This document shows, piece after piece, positions 1 to 13,214 of a stretch of 64,000 nucleotides of DNA. Within the stretch, counting starts at the first letter, position 1; the number at the start of each line of letters is the position of its first letter. The position numbers and the translations under genes were made by a program. The notes beneath the pieces were generated by a model. It made no database searches. It saw nothing but the letters and a program-made list of their open reading frames with translations, and was not told the origin of the DNA. Location of the stretch: assembly GCA_037447605.1 (NCBI GenBank), contig CM074812.1:1302001-1366000 (forward strand), read 5' to 3'. The stretch comes from Zygnema circumcarinatum SAG 698-1b (taxonomy: Eukaryota > Plantae > Zygnematophyceae).

Positions 1-65
1 AGAGGGAGAGAGAGAGAGAGATAGAGGGAGAGAGAGGGGGAGAGAGTGAAAGAGGAGGGCAAACC

Positions 66-111
66 TTCGTCCTTCGCCATGGCGCCCCCTCCGCCCTCTC
101 CTCCCGCCATG
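66..111 (-). CDS. Probable first coding exon of a gene running off the left edge (MAGGEGGGGAMAKDE then GT donor)
   Basis: Minus strand reads GCC ATG GCG GGA...GAC GAA G|GTTTG, followed by a CT-rich tract like the introns of other genes here; a GTAC cluster lies upstream at 146-180. Product unknown. Confidence 0.35.
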
Positions 112-880
112 GCTGCCCGCCGCGTCCTCGTATCGTCCTCACTGTCAGTACATCAATTGTACGAACAATCCGTTTGTACGGAGGGCGCATGTGCGACAAT
201 AACGGATGTGCTGCCGCGTGGCACGTAGACAATGGCAGACCAGATCCGGGCAGGACTCACAGGAATAGAAACCTGCCCGGGGACGATTCAAGCAACAAGA
301 TTGGCTGAAAAAAGGTCACGCTGACGCCGACACTCGTTCCGGGCAGACCGAAATTGATTCGAGGACGAAACTTCGACGAAGCCCACCTTGAGGGGACGTG
401 CGTTTTCCTCTGATTTGCGACATTTGGATGACGTCGTATGATGTCCTATGCCGTCATATGTACGGAACTTGAGTGGACCAGAGGTTCTCAGCATTAAGGT
501 GAAATCGGCCAGCAACCAATGGAGACTCGCCACGTGGGCAGTTGTGTACACGTAGGACAAGTACGGTTCTAGAAGGGAGTTGGGGACCATGGAATTCATG
601 CCTAAAGACAACCAAAAGGAAATGAGGAGAACTTGGAAATTGACATTGGAAAGGGACCCAAAAGGGAAGTGGCTTGATTTAGGAATATGGAAGTGATCAT
701 GTGTATCAACCGTTGGAATGGTTGCCAACTATTGATTCGTGACCCAGCCAACCATTGCCCATGGTTGCCAACCATTGGACGACCAACCATTGCCATCCAA
801 TGGCTGTCCAATGGTTGGCGACTCCAGTGGTCCGACCACTGTTACTTTTTACAGATTGGTAAATTTAATTAAAGCCATTA

Positions 881-2117
881 GGGGGAGTCAGACCTTGACC
901 ATCGCCAAATCAATTTCGTAAGCCTGTCGGGCGAATTAAGCATTGGCTAGGTACGCATTTCTGTACGGCTGTGTACGGCGGAGCCGCGGATCCCGACCCG
1001 GAATTCGTACACGAAAGAAGGGGCGTTATTCTTCATTTCGCAGACGTTTGGCCGAAATTTTTGGCCCGGCGCAGACTATTATAGCTGTACGGAAAGCGTT
1101 AAGGAACTGCCTGGTTGCGATAACCATAGTTATGCTTGATTTCGCAGCTCGCGAAGAACCGTCGATGAAATGGGCGGACACGATGCCGCCAGGAAGGTAT
1201 TCGCATGGAGTGAATTCGCCGTTGCGTGACAAGCAACGCAACGGCTAAGTCGCCGCTTGGAGAGGGAGTGGTCCTGGTGGTTTCGAAGGCAGCTTAGCCG
1301 CCGCGTTCGCGTAGTACGCAATCCCTTGCGCGTTCAGTTCGCGCATGTGAAGGCGCGGCCCGACCCTTGGGCAAAAAAAGGAACTCACAGTATCACACAA
1401 GACACAAGCCACAATTTGAAACCAAGAGACAATTGTAAACTTGTACGAAATTGTAAAATGTGTAGAGACCAGTACATCGAGAGAACCGGACACACAACAA
1501 CTCGATGGTATGCGTTTACAAAATTCGAAACCTTGTATATATGAAATGGCTTTGTGTACAAATTTGATTGTTAAAAGTGTGAGTAGTTGCTAGTGGCTGG
1601 TATGAATGAAACCGGCGTTGTTTCCCTTGTTTGGTAGATCCTTCTGTCCAGTTTACAAACTTGTGTGCCTATAAAGGTTTGTAGGATTAGAGCCCGCCGA
1701 ATGGCATTGGTACGTTTACACAGCATTGCCTTTGTGCGCGTGGGAATGAGGGAGGGATGGAGGGAGTGTGCGATTGAGTTGAGTTGCGCGTTTTGTGTTT
1801 GTAAGTGTTTTCGAGTTTTTTTCTGTGTGGTTATAGTGCTGTTCCCAATGGAACTCGCACTCCAAAAGCCTAGCAAGATTATCTTATCGACAAATGTTTT
1901 GGCCTAGTTTATAAATTATCGGTCAAAAAGCTCTCAATGTTGAAAGTGTTGCAGGCTGGTGGCGCCTTCACGGTCTCTTGGTNNNNNNNNNNNNNNNNNN
2001 NNNNNNNNNNNNNNNNNNNNNNNNNNNNNNNNNNNNNNNNNNNNNNNNNNNNNNNNNNNNNNNNNNNNNNNNNNNNNNNNNNAATTTCGTAAGCGGTGGT
2101 CAAGGTCTGACTCCCCC
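881..2117. mobile_element. Non-autonomous TIR DNA transposon flanked by TA (contains an N gap)
   Basis: GGGGGAGTCAGACCTTGACCATCGC at 881 matches the reverse complement of GCGGTGGTCAAGGTCTGACTCCCCC ending at 2117 (1 mismatch in 25); TA on both sides; no transposase ORF seen. Confidence 0.7.
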
Positions 2118-4089
2118 TATTTGAGTACGGTAGACATTCTGAGGACCAGAATTGGAAAATGAATGGGCCGCTTAGTTCATTGAATTCTGGATACTTTTCG
2201 GAGCTGCTTTTTCGCACGCCCCGCGGCCGTAAAGGCCCAATCCGCCAAAGGGGCGCCAATCATTGCAACCATTCATTGGCAGACCAAGGGACCTCGCCGC
2301 CGAAACGGCTCGGCTTTAGGGCTGACGTCATGAAACGCTACCTGGTCACGTCACATTACGCCGAATGATCATGGTATGGGTATCCTACATTTCCTACTGC
2401 CAATAAGGTTCAGAAAATCGAACATTTTTTTGTTTTAATTGTTCAATGGTCAATTAAAAAAAAAAAAATTTCAGTTGGACGTTTGAACATAAGGATCGGA
2501 TGTTTTTGGAACTTGAGAATTTGAACAATATCAGAAAAAAAGTTTAAAAGTTGAATATTTTTCGCTTACACGTGTGGATTCCAAATCTTTATCTTGCCAC
2601 GAAAGATTCAAGCAGTCCGAGGGATTTCCTTAACTTCGGCCCAATTTTTGCCGTACGACGTTTTTCAACAGATCAACGATTACCATACGGTACAAATGGA
2701 TTCTACCAGTGTATTGCAATGTTAACCAGTAGTGGGTCCACCACTTTGCGATTAGCCAAAATCTCATCGTTGATCGGTGGATGCAAAGTAAATCGAATTT
2801 GAGCGCGATTGGGAGTTAATTGTTCAATATTTAACTGGATTCACATTGGATTCGCATTGAACGAGGACTGGATTCTCAAAAAAAAAAAAAAAAAAAAAAC
2901 ATATAGCACAAACTGTTTGTTTTTTGACCTACGGTTTTGAAAGCTTATTTTTTGAGAAGCCAAAATCTTTAATTTCTTACGCGTTCAACCTAATTGGTAG
3001 TAGGGTAGACCGTACTGTACCAGTTTTAATCCGTACAATAATAATAAAGTCCGTACAGATCTCCAAACGTTGTAAAACCGGTCGTTGGCAAGACCGCTTA
3101 CGGACACTACGAAATAGCAAAATGCCACAGCAAATACGTCAGCAGAAAATGTCCAACCAATCAGGAGCCGCTGACTACCCGTCGGTCAAGTTTTTGGCGC
3201 GTCGGATAGGGCGGTACATTTGTCGTTATGGTAAGCAACAAACTATCGTCAAATTGGAGCCGTATCGGGTATGACCGCATCACCTGCCGGCGCGGGTACC
3301 GTACTTCTGCCGGCCGAGATCCCTTTCGTACGCAATCAAACTTGCCGTCGCCGGCAGGTTTCTGTCGGCCAGATCCGAAACCTCGGCGATGTGACGATAT
3401 TATCTGGATTTCTCGAAAAAAACAATTTTTGGTCAAATTCGTACGGGTCTCTCACTTGGCAGCTTCCGATTGAAGATTTGAAAAAATGATTGCTGAGGTC
3501 TCCACTGTGCGCATAGAGATCTCTTGGTGTGCCCTTACTGCTCTTATTGACTTGACCCTCTGGCCTGCCACGTGTCGCTCTCAAACGCCGTCAGCCGTAC
3601 ACCCTTCAGATTCGAATCGGATTCGAACGCTGATGGACCCGCCCCTTTACAGAATCGGCTCTGATGCTTGTCGTTATCTGCGGGCCTCCGCCAATCCTGA
3701 CGCAGAATCGGATACGGAACCCCGCCGCCCGCGACGTTCGCAGAAACGACGAACTCCACGCTGGCGCCAACAGGACAAGTGGAGCCGGCCGGCCATTAAA
3801 CGCCCACTTGTCACGTGGCGCCGCGCCGGCTCTTCGGTCGCTTCCCCCCACTCTCGCCCTAATCTCGCCCGCCCGCCCGCCCCTCCCTCCCGCTCCCTAC
3901 TCCGTCCCCCTCGCTCCTTCCCTCCATCTCCTCCCTCCCTCCCTCCCTCCCTCCCTCCCCCACTCACTACCTCCCCCTCCCCCACTCCCCCCCACTCCCT
4001 CCCTCCCCCACTCACTCCCTCTACCTCCCCCACTCCCCCCCACTCCCCCCCACTCCCTCCCTCCCTCCCCTACTCTCTNNNNNNNNNNC

Positions 4090-5719
4090 ATGGCTTTCCA
4101 CCCCCCCCCTCCTCCTCCTCCTCCCCCGCCCCCCCCAGCAATAAGGACCCCCCCTCCCCTCCCATAGCGCGGTCTCAGTCCCCCAGCTCTCACATTCTGG
4201 GCGTTCCGTACAGCAACGTGGAGGAGAAGTACGAGCTTGGCCCGCAGGTTGGCAAGAGTCTGGGCGGGGTCGTACGGCGGTGTACTTTGCGGCGGACGGG
4301 GGAGGCCTTCGCCTGCAAGTCGCTCGAGAAGAAGAACGTGACAAATGTCGACGATGTGAGGGCGGAGGTCCGCGCGCTGAGGAAGGTGTCCAGCCATCCC
4401 GGAGTGGCCGCGCTGCGAGCAGTCGTGGAAGATGAGGAGGTGGGGGGCTCGAGTTTCTCTAATTGCTTTTTTTAGGGTTGTAGGGGGGGTGAAGGGGGGG
4501 GGAGAGAGAAAGGGGGAGGGGGGGGAAGAGAGAAGGGAGGGGGAGAGAGCGAGGTTGGGGGAGAGAGAGAGAGGGGGAGTGTGAGAGGGGGGGGAGAGAG
4601 AGAGGGAGAGTGAGAGAGAGGGAGGAGAGGAAGAGGGGGAGTGATTGAGAGGGGGGGGAGAGAGAGGGGAGGAAGAGAGAGGGCTTGGGGGAGAGAGTGA
4701 ATGGGGGTGAGAGAGGGGGGGAAGAGAAAGTGGGGGTGGAGGAGAGAGAGTGAGAGAGAGGGTGGGGGGGAGAGAGAGACAATGAGAGAGAGAGAGGAGT
4801 TAAACTGATTAAACTTAGGGTGTTGTAAGTGCATGTGGAAAAGAGCATTTGTTAGGGTTGGTGGGGCTCACATTAGAGGGGGGGTCTGACCTGCAGAAGG
4901 TGCACATCATCACGGAATTCTGTGAGGGGGGGGACCTCTTCTACCGCATCAAGCGGAGGAAGGTATTTCCGGAGAGCGATGCTGCCCAGATCTGCCGCAC
5001 TCTGCTCTCCGCCGTTCACTACTGCCATAGAAACGGCATCATGCATCGCAACTTGAAGCCCGAGAACGTGTGGATGGCCTCTCTGCGCTCCGACTGCGAT
5101 GTCAAATTGGCGGATTTTGGGCAAGCAGGTTTCTTCAAACCGGGAGCGAAGCTGAGTGAAGCTATTGGAACTCCGTGAGTTACTTCAAACCCTTCAAATC
5201 TCCATCGCCATAGCAACCCTCATTTCTCCTCTCTCTCTCTCTCTCTCGCTTTTCTTCTCTCACTTTCTCTCTCTCCCTTCCCCACCCCTCCTCTCTCTCT
5301 CGCTCTTGTGCTGTCTCACCTTCATCTCTTTGACTTATCTTTCACCTCTTTTACTTCACTACTACTACTTCTTTGACTTCTTCTTACTTCTTTGACTTTC
5401 TCATCTCTCTCTCTCCCTCTCTCATCGGCAGATATTATGTTGCTCCGGAGGTTTTGAAACGCTCATATGGCCCTGAGGCAGACGTATGGAGTCTGGGGGT
5501 CATTCTGTACATCCTGCTCTCCGGAATGCCGCCCTTCTGGGCAGAGTCACGCGAAGCCATTTTTGAAAAAATCAAAGCAGGCGTGGTCAGCACAGAAGGA
5601 GGGATCTGGGACAATATTTCTGACAAAGCCAAGCAGCTCCTGCGACGCATGCTCTGTGTAAACCCTTCTGAGAGAATCACTGCTAAAGAAGCTGAAGGTG
5701 CGTATCTCTCTCTCTCTCT

Positions 5720-5750
<31 letters not shown>

Positions 5751-7013
5751 GCTCTCATACACACTCGCTCTTTCTCTCTCTCTCGAACTCTCGCTCTCGC
5801 TCTCTCTTCCTCACTCTGCCCCTCCCTCTCTCGTCCTCCCTCTCGCTGCTGCCTCCCAAAGACAGAAAATACTGTCTGAACCACTGTCAATAGTGTGGGC
5901 TTTTACTTAGACAGTTTCACTATTCTCTTGATTAAAGGGATTCTTCCTGCTCTCGTCTCTCCTCTTGCGTGCAGATCATCCGTGGATTCTGCACCACTGT
6001 CAACCTCAAAACCTATCTCTTGCTGCCCCTCAGCCCATTCCCATTGCGGATGTGCTTCAAAGCTCTGCCTTCTTCCCCGAAGGAGGCGAACCCTCCCTTA
6101 GAATCCGCACCAATAGCGACCCAACTTCCTCCCGCTCTCTCAGCCCCATCTTCCGCTTAGACGAAGGCTCTCCCACTTTTTGGAGCCCTTTTGGGTCCGG
6201 CCACCACACAAACAATGGCAGCCCCTCTTTCCAATCCTCCGATGTGAGAGATGCACAAGTCCTAAAACCTCTCGCATCTCCTCGAGCCTTACCTCCCAGA
6301 GCAGGTCCTGTTCGTTCAGCTAATCCTAGTGGCTTCTCCCCCCCATCTCACTATAACTCAAGAAGCCAAAGCCCATCTCCAAATTCTCCTTCCTCTGAGA
6401 GTTTACTTCGTCCCATGTTATCTCCAAGAGGTCTCCCCCCTCGTGCCACATATACCCACTCTCCAAAGCGTTCAATTCAGCAAAGTGGGCCCCAATCGTT
6501 CTCGTCTTCAAGCACAGGAGATGTGGCCAGCGATCAAGATTGCTTCGCTAAGGGAGCTCCTAACTCCCCCCAGTTTCTTCCTTTCAATAGAAGTCAATCT
6601 GCTTCTTCTTACCTGCAAAGCTCTCGTCCTGTAGAGCAAGTGGGGCCGTCGTCCCCTTCGAAACCTCCGATGCGAACTGTCTTGTCGTGCAAAGGCAATA
6701 CAGGCACTTACACCATCGGTGAGAATCAATCACTCCGAAGACCCACAGTGGGTATTTGGGTTTTGGGTTAGTTGGGATTTGCCCACCTCTGTAAACATGA
6801 CCCAACCTGCGTTTCTGAAACTCTTTTGCGGCTTCGTGCTCTCCCTATCTTCCTGCAGACTTCAATGATGTGCAGGTTGTGGTGGATTACAACAAGGAGG
6901 AGGAGGTGATTGGAGTGACCCTCCTCACTCCCAACCGGGAAAGGAAGTTTCAGGAGCAGCCATGGCAGGAAATGCCGCCTGAGAGGCATGGGAGGCGCGT
7001 ATCTTGGGCCTAA
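4090..7013 (+). CDS. CDPK/CaMK-family kinase domain without EF-hands; HRN instead of HRD (probable pseudokinase); long Ser/Pro-rich tail
   Basis: Exons ~4090-4439, 4897-5174, 5432-5697, 5975-6718, 6859-7013 with GT-AG ends and matching phases. Motifs FACKS, EFCEGGDLF, HRNLKPEN, ADFG, GTPYYVAPE, DVWSLG, PPFW, DHPWI. Start uncertain: the ATG at 4090 follows an N gap and needs a 1-nt correction in the C9 run. Confidence 0.85.
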
Positions 7014-7871
7014 ATAAGGCTTCCAATAAGGATCACATGAAGGCAAATCATCACGGAATATTTTTCCAGGTGTCTTCATATTCAGACATGCGAGCCCTAA
7101 ACTGTTACCGCAGGTGGAGGTGCGCAGGTTGCATCAGAAGGTGTACAGGACGTATTTTACATTTGGTATGAGCAATAATTAATTCGACGTGCCCCTTCAA
7201 ATAATTAGGGTTTTTATGTTGCTATTTCATCAGTTTTAGTTTGTGCCGACAGATATGTCATTCAACAGCAGTTGCATTTGGATTTTGGCTTCCTTTAGAA
7301 AACGAAAAAAACGTACGCTTAGTTAAACGTGGGCTGCGGATACAATGTTTCCGAAAGCCTTCTAGTATTCAATTTATGTTTGTTCTTTGTGATTTGGGGT
7401 CCTGCTAGAATTTGATGTTGAAGTGTCCCTTAAGGCTTAAGTAATGAGCAGCCGACTCCGTTAGAAACCTTCCCATAGAGTAAAGAGGTGTGTATGAGCC
7501 AATGAACTATGGAACTGTACATCAGCTGAGAATTCTGTGATAAAAATCGCATTTTTCAGCTTTAGTTTGTTTGTTTCCCTCACATCACGTGCTATTCAGC
7601 AGCTTCTGAACCACGACAAAAGAAACGCCGACAAAGCAAGGGCCTGGGCTGATAATAGCCTGTCTCCCTCTCAGAGCCGCCAGCACATTTCCCCCATAAT
7701 TTGGTGGCGATCTTTTTAAAAAAAGAATAGAGCTGTCGAATTTTAGAAAGCCAAGCATGGCTCAAGGCCGCCATCGAAAACAATTTCCTGCTGTCATGAT
7801 GCCATGCATAGCATGTATTCATACACACTTACTCCACTTCCTTATTTTGGTAACTAAAGAAGCTGCGAGAA

Positions 7872-10800
7872 TCAGACCGCCACAGGAGCAGGCAGAGGCT
7901 GCAGGGCCTTGAGAGGATTGCTGATGACCGCATCAATCAGACCGTACTCCTTTGCCTCCTTCGCGCTCATGAAAAAATCACGATCCGTATCCTGGACGCA
8001 AGAAACAATGCGAGAGAGTGAGGGAGGGAGGGAGGGAGGGGGGGGGGGAGGGGGGGAGGGAAGGGACGGGAGGGAGGGAGGGAGAGGGAAGGAGAGAGGG
8101 AGGAGCAATATTGTCCTACGACAGGGAGAGGGACATAGTTCCGAAGGAGGCAAGTTTGCTGCAGAAAATTTAGCAGATTGAAGGTTTTCTTGGCTCAAGT
8201 TCTTAGCTTAGGTGTATTGATGCTTATTCCTTGCTGATGCTTGTTGGGCTGTTTTTTCCTCTCTCTCTCTCTCTACGATGGGCAGATCGGTGTTCGAGTG
8301 AGAGACAGACGGAGAGAGGGGGAAGGAAGTGGGAGGGCGATGGAAGGGGGAGGTAATGCGGGGAGAGAGAGGGAGAGAGGGAGGGAGGGAAGGAGAGAGG
8401 GAGAGCACACACACCTGTGTAATTCTCTCATAAGTCTGACCAGTGTGATAGGCGAGATAGCCGTTCAAGTTCGCCTTGTGATGGAGAATTTCATTGGCCT
8501 GTTAAGCAGGAATACAACGATCCACAACAACATTCTGCAACATTGAGTGGGTCATGCAAAAAGGACTTCTTCTTCTCGAGTTCATTGCCAATCGACATGT
8601 TCATTTTCGCTCAAGAAGACAGACTAGAGCACATAAAATCATAAAAACTAAATTCACCGAAGAGTCACACAACAGAGACGAAGGAAAGTTTTCTGACTTG
8701 AATTTCAATGTCAGTCTGCTGCCCCTGCGCTCCTCCCAACGGCTGATGAATCATAATTCGCGAATTCGGAAGACTGTATCGCTTTCCTGCCGAGAGAAAA
8801 AGTAGAGAGGTTTAGCCACTCTTGAAGATATGATCCGAAAACCAGCTTAAAGCCAAAAAAAAACCTGTTGAGTTACCACAGTTTCAATGAGGCCTTACGG
8901 ACTCGAGTCAACAGTTCGTGCAATATAGACTAGCAGAACCTTGTCCATTCTATAAACTATAGGAAGAAAAGAAGATCGTAAAAATACATCTGTACATCTC
9001 CACAATTGTAAAAGGAAGGGGGAAAAATCTCACCCTTAGTTCCTGCACTCAATAAAAATGCTCCCATACTGCACACAGGCAAATGCGAAAGAGGAGGCAA
9101 AAGGGTCAGTTCATTAACTCATCACTTGTTCACACACGAATAAATGGTCCTTCTAGTAACCTTTAAAGAGTATTGCGAGAAAGAAAAAAGTAGTGAAAGC
9201 ACAGACCCACCTCGCTGCAAGCCCCACACAAACTGTGCTCACATCGGGCCGAATATGACGCATAGTGTCGAATATTGCCATCCCTGCAAGCCTCAGAATC
9301 AGAGAGAAGTTAACCTCAAAAGCCTATAGACAACCGTCATTCAGAATCCCCCATACATTTCATCGTAGTTTGACCAACATTAGGAAGCTTATGCCATTTG
9401 TCACTTAATCAAGAAACAGCGCTTACCTGCAGTGACAGAGCCTCCGGGAGAGTTGACGTACATCACAATATCCTGCTCACAGAAGAGTCTCCTAATAGTC
9501 AGTTTCAGCAGAAGTAAGAATGGGAGAATGGGATTCAGAGGGGGGCAAAGAGTTGAACGAGAGATGCATCATATGACTACGCCGAAAACTGCAAACAGAA
9601 GCATTTTTTTCGACTTCACCTTATTTGGGTCGGCTGCATCGAGATAAAGGAGCTGAGCAACGATCAAGTTCGCCATGTCATCATCCACTGCCCCGCCGCA
9701 TCGAATAATACGCTGCTCCGATGCAGAAACAATACCGCCCTCATGTTAGGCATGTTAAAAGGAAAACAGAAAGCAAAGTAAAGTAAAGGAAATGCAAGTA
9801 CAACCTACATTCTGAAAGAGCTGCGTGATGACGCTCTGAAACCGCTCCTGCAACATTGGAGAGGGTTGGCCCTGCCCTGCTCTGATGCCTCCCATTAAAG
9901 GCGAATTCGGAACCTCCAAATCTCGCCTGCACGTTGCCGATGTGAAAATAAACACCGTGACACCAATAACAATGGTAAATTTAGGAACTGACAACAATAT
10001 TTGCTAACATTGAGATTGAGAAAATAGGGAAGTGGCGTGATATAGAGTGTGATTCGAGAAAATGTATCCATTCTAAACGCCGAACGCGAAAGGCACTTGA
10101 CATGGGATTCAGCCAGGTCTGCAAAGTCAACCCTGACTTTATCCTTAACCCTTTACTTCCCTACCTCCCTCTGCTTACTCCACTGTCGGCTAGAGGGAGA
10201 AATCTTAGCATACAGAACAAAGGGAGAGGTCGGCATGCTGTAGCAGTACGGGGAGGGAAGAGAAAGGAAGGGAGGGATGCAGGACTAGAAGGTTGAGAAT
10301 GGCGAAGAAGGAAAGATAATAAACGAGAAGATGAGAGGAAAAAAATGTCAAAGAAACAGCCCTCATACAACAGCTCTTTCCCCTCCACATTAACGCCATA
10401 CGCAATCCTGTTGAAATTTTAATCAGAATAGAGTATGGCCTCTTTAACATCGTGCGTGAATGGAAAAAGGAGTGAACAAACGAGTTAAGGTTCATCGAAT
10501 GAAAGCGAGTCCAAGAGACCCCAATTCACACAAATGCCTGGACTTGATGACAAAGTTAAAGGTGAAATGGAGAGCTGAAAGGGGCAAGAAACATACTTGA
10601 TAGACCACAACTGGCGATCTGAAGCATCAGAATAAAGGCCCCAGCTGCGCTCCGAACGAACGTTTGAAGAGTCAAATCCAGAATAAGAGGCGGAGGCTCT
10701 CCGAGCTGCTTGTGGGCTGCAACAGAACGCAGCTTCCCCAAGGATAACACAATGAGGAGAAGGACGTCTTATTGTGATAACTAATCCTAACAAACAGCTG

Positions 10801-11929
10801 TCAGTGCCCTTCAGCAAGACAGCAAGTTGCGAGGGCTGCAGAAGGTTGTAAATTGCTGCTGCAAAGTCTAAGTTGCAGTTCCACATGATATTCTTTGAAA
10901 GAAACTATAATGCAAAAACAGAGTCCATGGCATTCCGTAAGACTCCCGTCACTGGCAAAATAACAAGCAACCAATTTGCAAAGCTCTGCGATGCAGATTT
11001 AGAAATGAGGGTGTTGACCTGAGTCTGCTTAACAGAGTCTATTCGCGACAGATGGACCTTAGGGTTTTTGAACATTCTATGTCACCCCGTTGAAGCCTTA
11101 CTAACGCGACAATAGCGCACGCTGATATGTGCATACATACATACATACATACATACATGCACGCATGACAACACGTACTGAGCTAGAGACTTAACTGTAC
11201 GTATTTTCTCCCTCACATGGCCCCTACAACGATGATTCATTTGCCTTCATTGGCATACAGCTACTACTTCCACGCCGCACTCATTGATCGTCCCTTAATA
11301 GCTACAATACCCGGCAATTGCGAAAGACCTTGGCATCATAACTTACTCCATCACAATTCTTTCACTCTCGAAAAAATGCCTAATTGGCAAGCCACCCTAA
11401 ACTGCTTAAGACCAATCATCGATGACAGAAGACTCTGCAGAAAAACAGGCACCACTCCCCCTCCTCTATCCCTTCCTCAAATTCTGCTTCTCAGGTATCT
11501 CCAGCTTTCCCCTTTTTCCTGACCCCTCTCTCCCCTCCCTTTTCTCCCTCCCTTTTCCCACTCCCTGCCATTTCTCTCACTTATTTCTCCCGTCTCTCTC
11601 ACCTCTCTCGCACTGCCCTCCTCTCTTCTAACACTATCTCCAACTCCCCGTTCTCTCCCTGTCTATCTCCTCTCTCTCCCCACCTCCTCCTCCGTTTCCA
11701 TCCTCTCTCTTTTACCCCCCTCATCCCTCTCCCTCTCCCCCTCTCTCTCCCTCCCTCCCCCATCGTCCTACCTTTGCCGTCTCCGCAACTCCACGCTCCT
11801 CCTCCCCCTCACAGCCCCACCCAGCAGAGCGCTCCGACCCCATGTCCGCACGGGCGAAGCTTGAAGCTCGGAAGAGAGTCCCACAGAAGCCTCCGGCGAG
11901 AGCACGACGGGGCATGAGACGGCAGCCAT
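7872..11929 (-). CDS. CLPP5: Nuclear-encoded plastid Clp protease proteolytic subunit, ClpP5 type
   Basis: Spliced exons give [112 protein letters not shown]...[33 protein letters not shown], as in land-plant ClpP5. Transit-peptide-like exon 1 at 11929-11821 is less certain. Confidence 0.93.
11132..11158. repeat. (CATA)n microsatellite in ClpP5 intron 1
   Basis: Six consecutive CATA units plus CAT. Confidence 0.9.
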
Positions 11930-12636
11930 GGCGCTCGCTCCACCCAAGAAGCCCTGTTCTGGGAGAAGGGGAGAGGGACGGGAGAATTAGGTCTACGGGA
12001 GGAGGGCCTTGGGAGGGTGGGGGGGGAAGAGGAGGGGCGGGTTCAGAGGGGGCGGTGGGAAGTGTGAAGGATGGGTTTCATGACCTATCTTTGCCTGCAC
12101 AAATAGGGGGACTGTGCTTGTGGGGGAGAGCAAGGGGGTCTTGTGGGGGATGGGGAGGGATGGTGCATGGGTGTGAGCGTGTGGGCATTGCGAATGGTTT
12201 CATGTTCATCCCTTCACAATTCTTAGAACTCCTTGCGAGAATGGTGTTTTGTTGTGGGAAACATGGTTTGGTGGTTTGAATGGTGTGGTCGGGTTTGCTT
12301 TAGTTTCGTTAAGTTTTTCTTTGTTTGCTTTGGTTCATTTCTTATGTTTTTGTCTTTATACGACTGGTTGAGCCTTTTGACCCATGAAATGCTCTTCTTT
12401 TTGTGGGCCTTTGGGTCTTTTGTTGGACCATCGTGAGTAGTTCCAAAGGATTTTAGAAATTTTCAACATGGGCTTTAGGAGGAAAGTGTGTGTTGCATGT
12501 TTGCTGTCAAACCATCTGCGCACATGGTCCAAAGTGTGCTCTTGTTGAATCAAACCCATATGTTGTATGCTAATAGTTGTGCATCGTGATCCTAGGCTCG
12601 CAAGTTTTTCATAGCCAAGTAAAGCCATGCTAAAGA

Positions 12637-13214
12637 GTGTATCTTTCTAAAAAGGTGTGTATCTATCAAAAAAGGTGTGTATCTCTCAAAAATATGTGTA
12701 TACTGTACATCCAAATAAGGTACGCGTCTTTCAAAAACAGTGTATATCTATCCAAAAAAGGCGTGTGTTTATCAGAGAGGTGTGTATCTAGCCAAGTTAG
12801 GGTGTATATCTTTCAAAAACGGAGCGTATCTATCCAAAAAGGGTGTGTTCATCAAAAATATGTGTATCTACCCAAAAGAGGGTGTACATCTTTCAAAAAC
12901 GGAGCGTATCTATCTAAAAAAAAGGGGTTTCTTTATCAAAAATGTGTGTATCTAGCCAGAATAAGGTGGATATCTTCTAAAAAAGTGTGTATATATCCAA
13001 AAAGGATGTGTGTTTATCAAAATGCTGTGGATCTAGCCAAAATAAGGTATATATCTTCCAAAAGGTGTATATCTTTCCAAAACGGGTGTGTATTTTCCAA
13101 AAATATGTGTATCTATCTGAAATAAGGTGTACATGTTGATCTTTCAAAAACAGTGTGTATCTATCCAAAAAGGTGCATGTTTATTAAAAAGATGTATATC
13201 TATCCAGAAAGTGT
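12637..13214. repeat. Degenerate minisatellite, ~20-21-bp unit (GTGTATCTATCCAAAAA(A)G), with ~4-mer higher-order structure
   Basis: Roughly 28 units read by eye. The block GTGTA(T/C)ATCTTTCAAAAACGGAGCGTATCTATC recurs about 80 bp apart (~12802 and ~12881). Confidence 0.85.

Noticed and set aside
288-728. 146-aa minus-strand ORF
   Set aside because: No recognisable domain; lies in repeat-rich intergenic DNA.
2551-2899. Possible SINE/LINE 3' end finishing in an A22 run
   Set aside because: No TSD, Pol III boxes or RT remnant identified.
3486-4080. Long in-frame N-terminal extension of the kinase ORF
   Set aside because: Frame continuity depends on an arbitrary 10-N gap, and the sequence looks like promoter/5' UTR plus CT repeat.
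12637-13214. Possible CRISPR array or Cys/Tyr/Lys-rich protein
   Set aside because: Units are degenerate and adjacent with no unique spacers, the context is eukaryotic, and the ORFs arise from the repeat.
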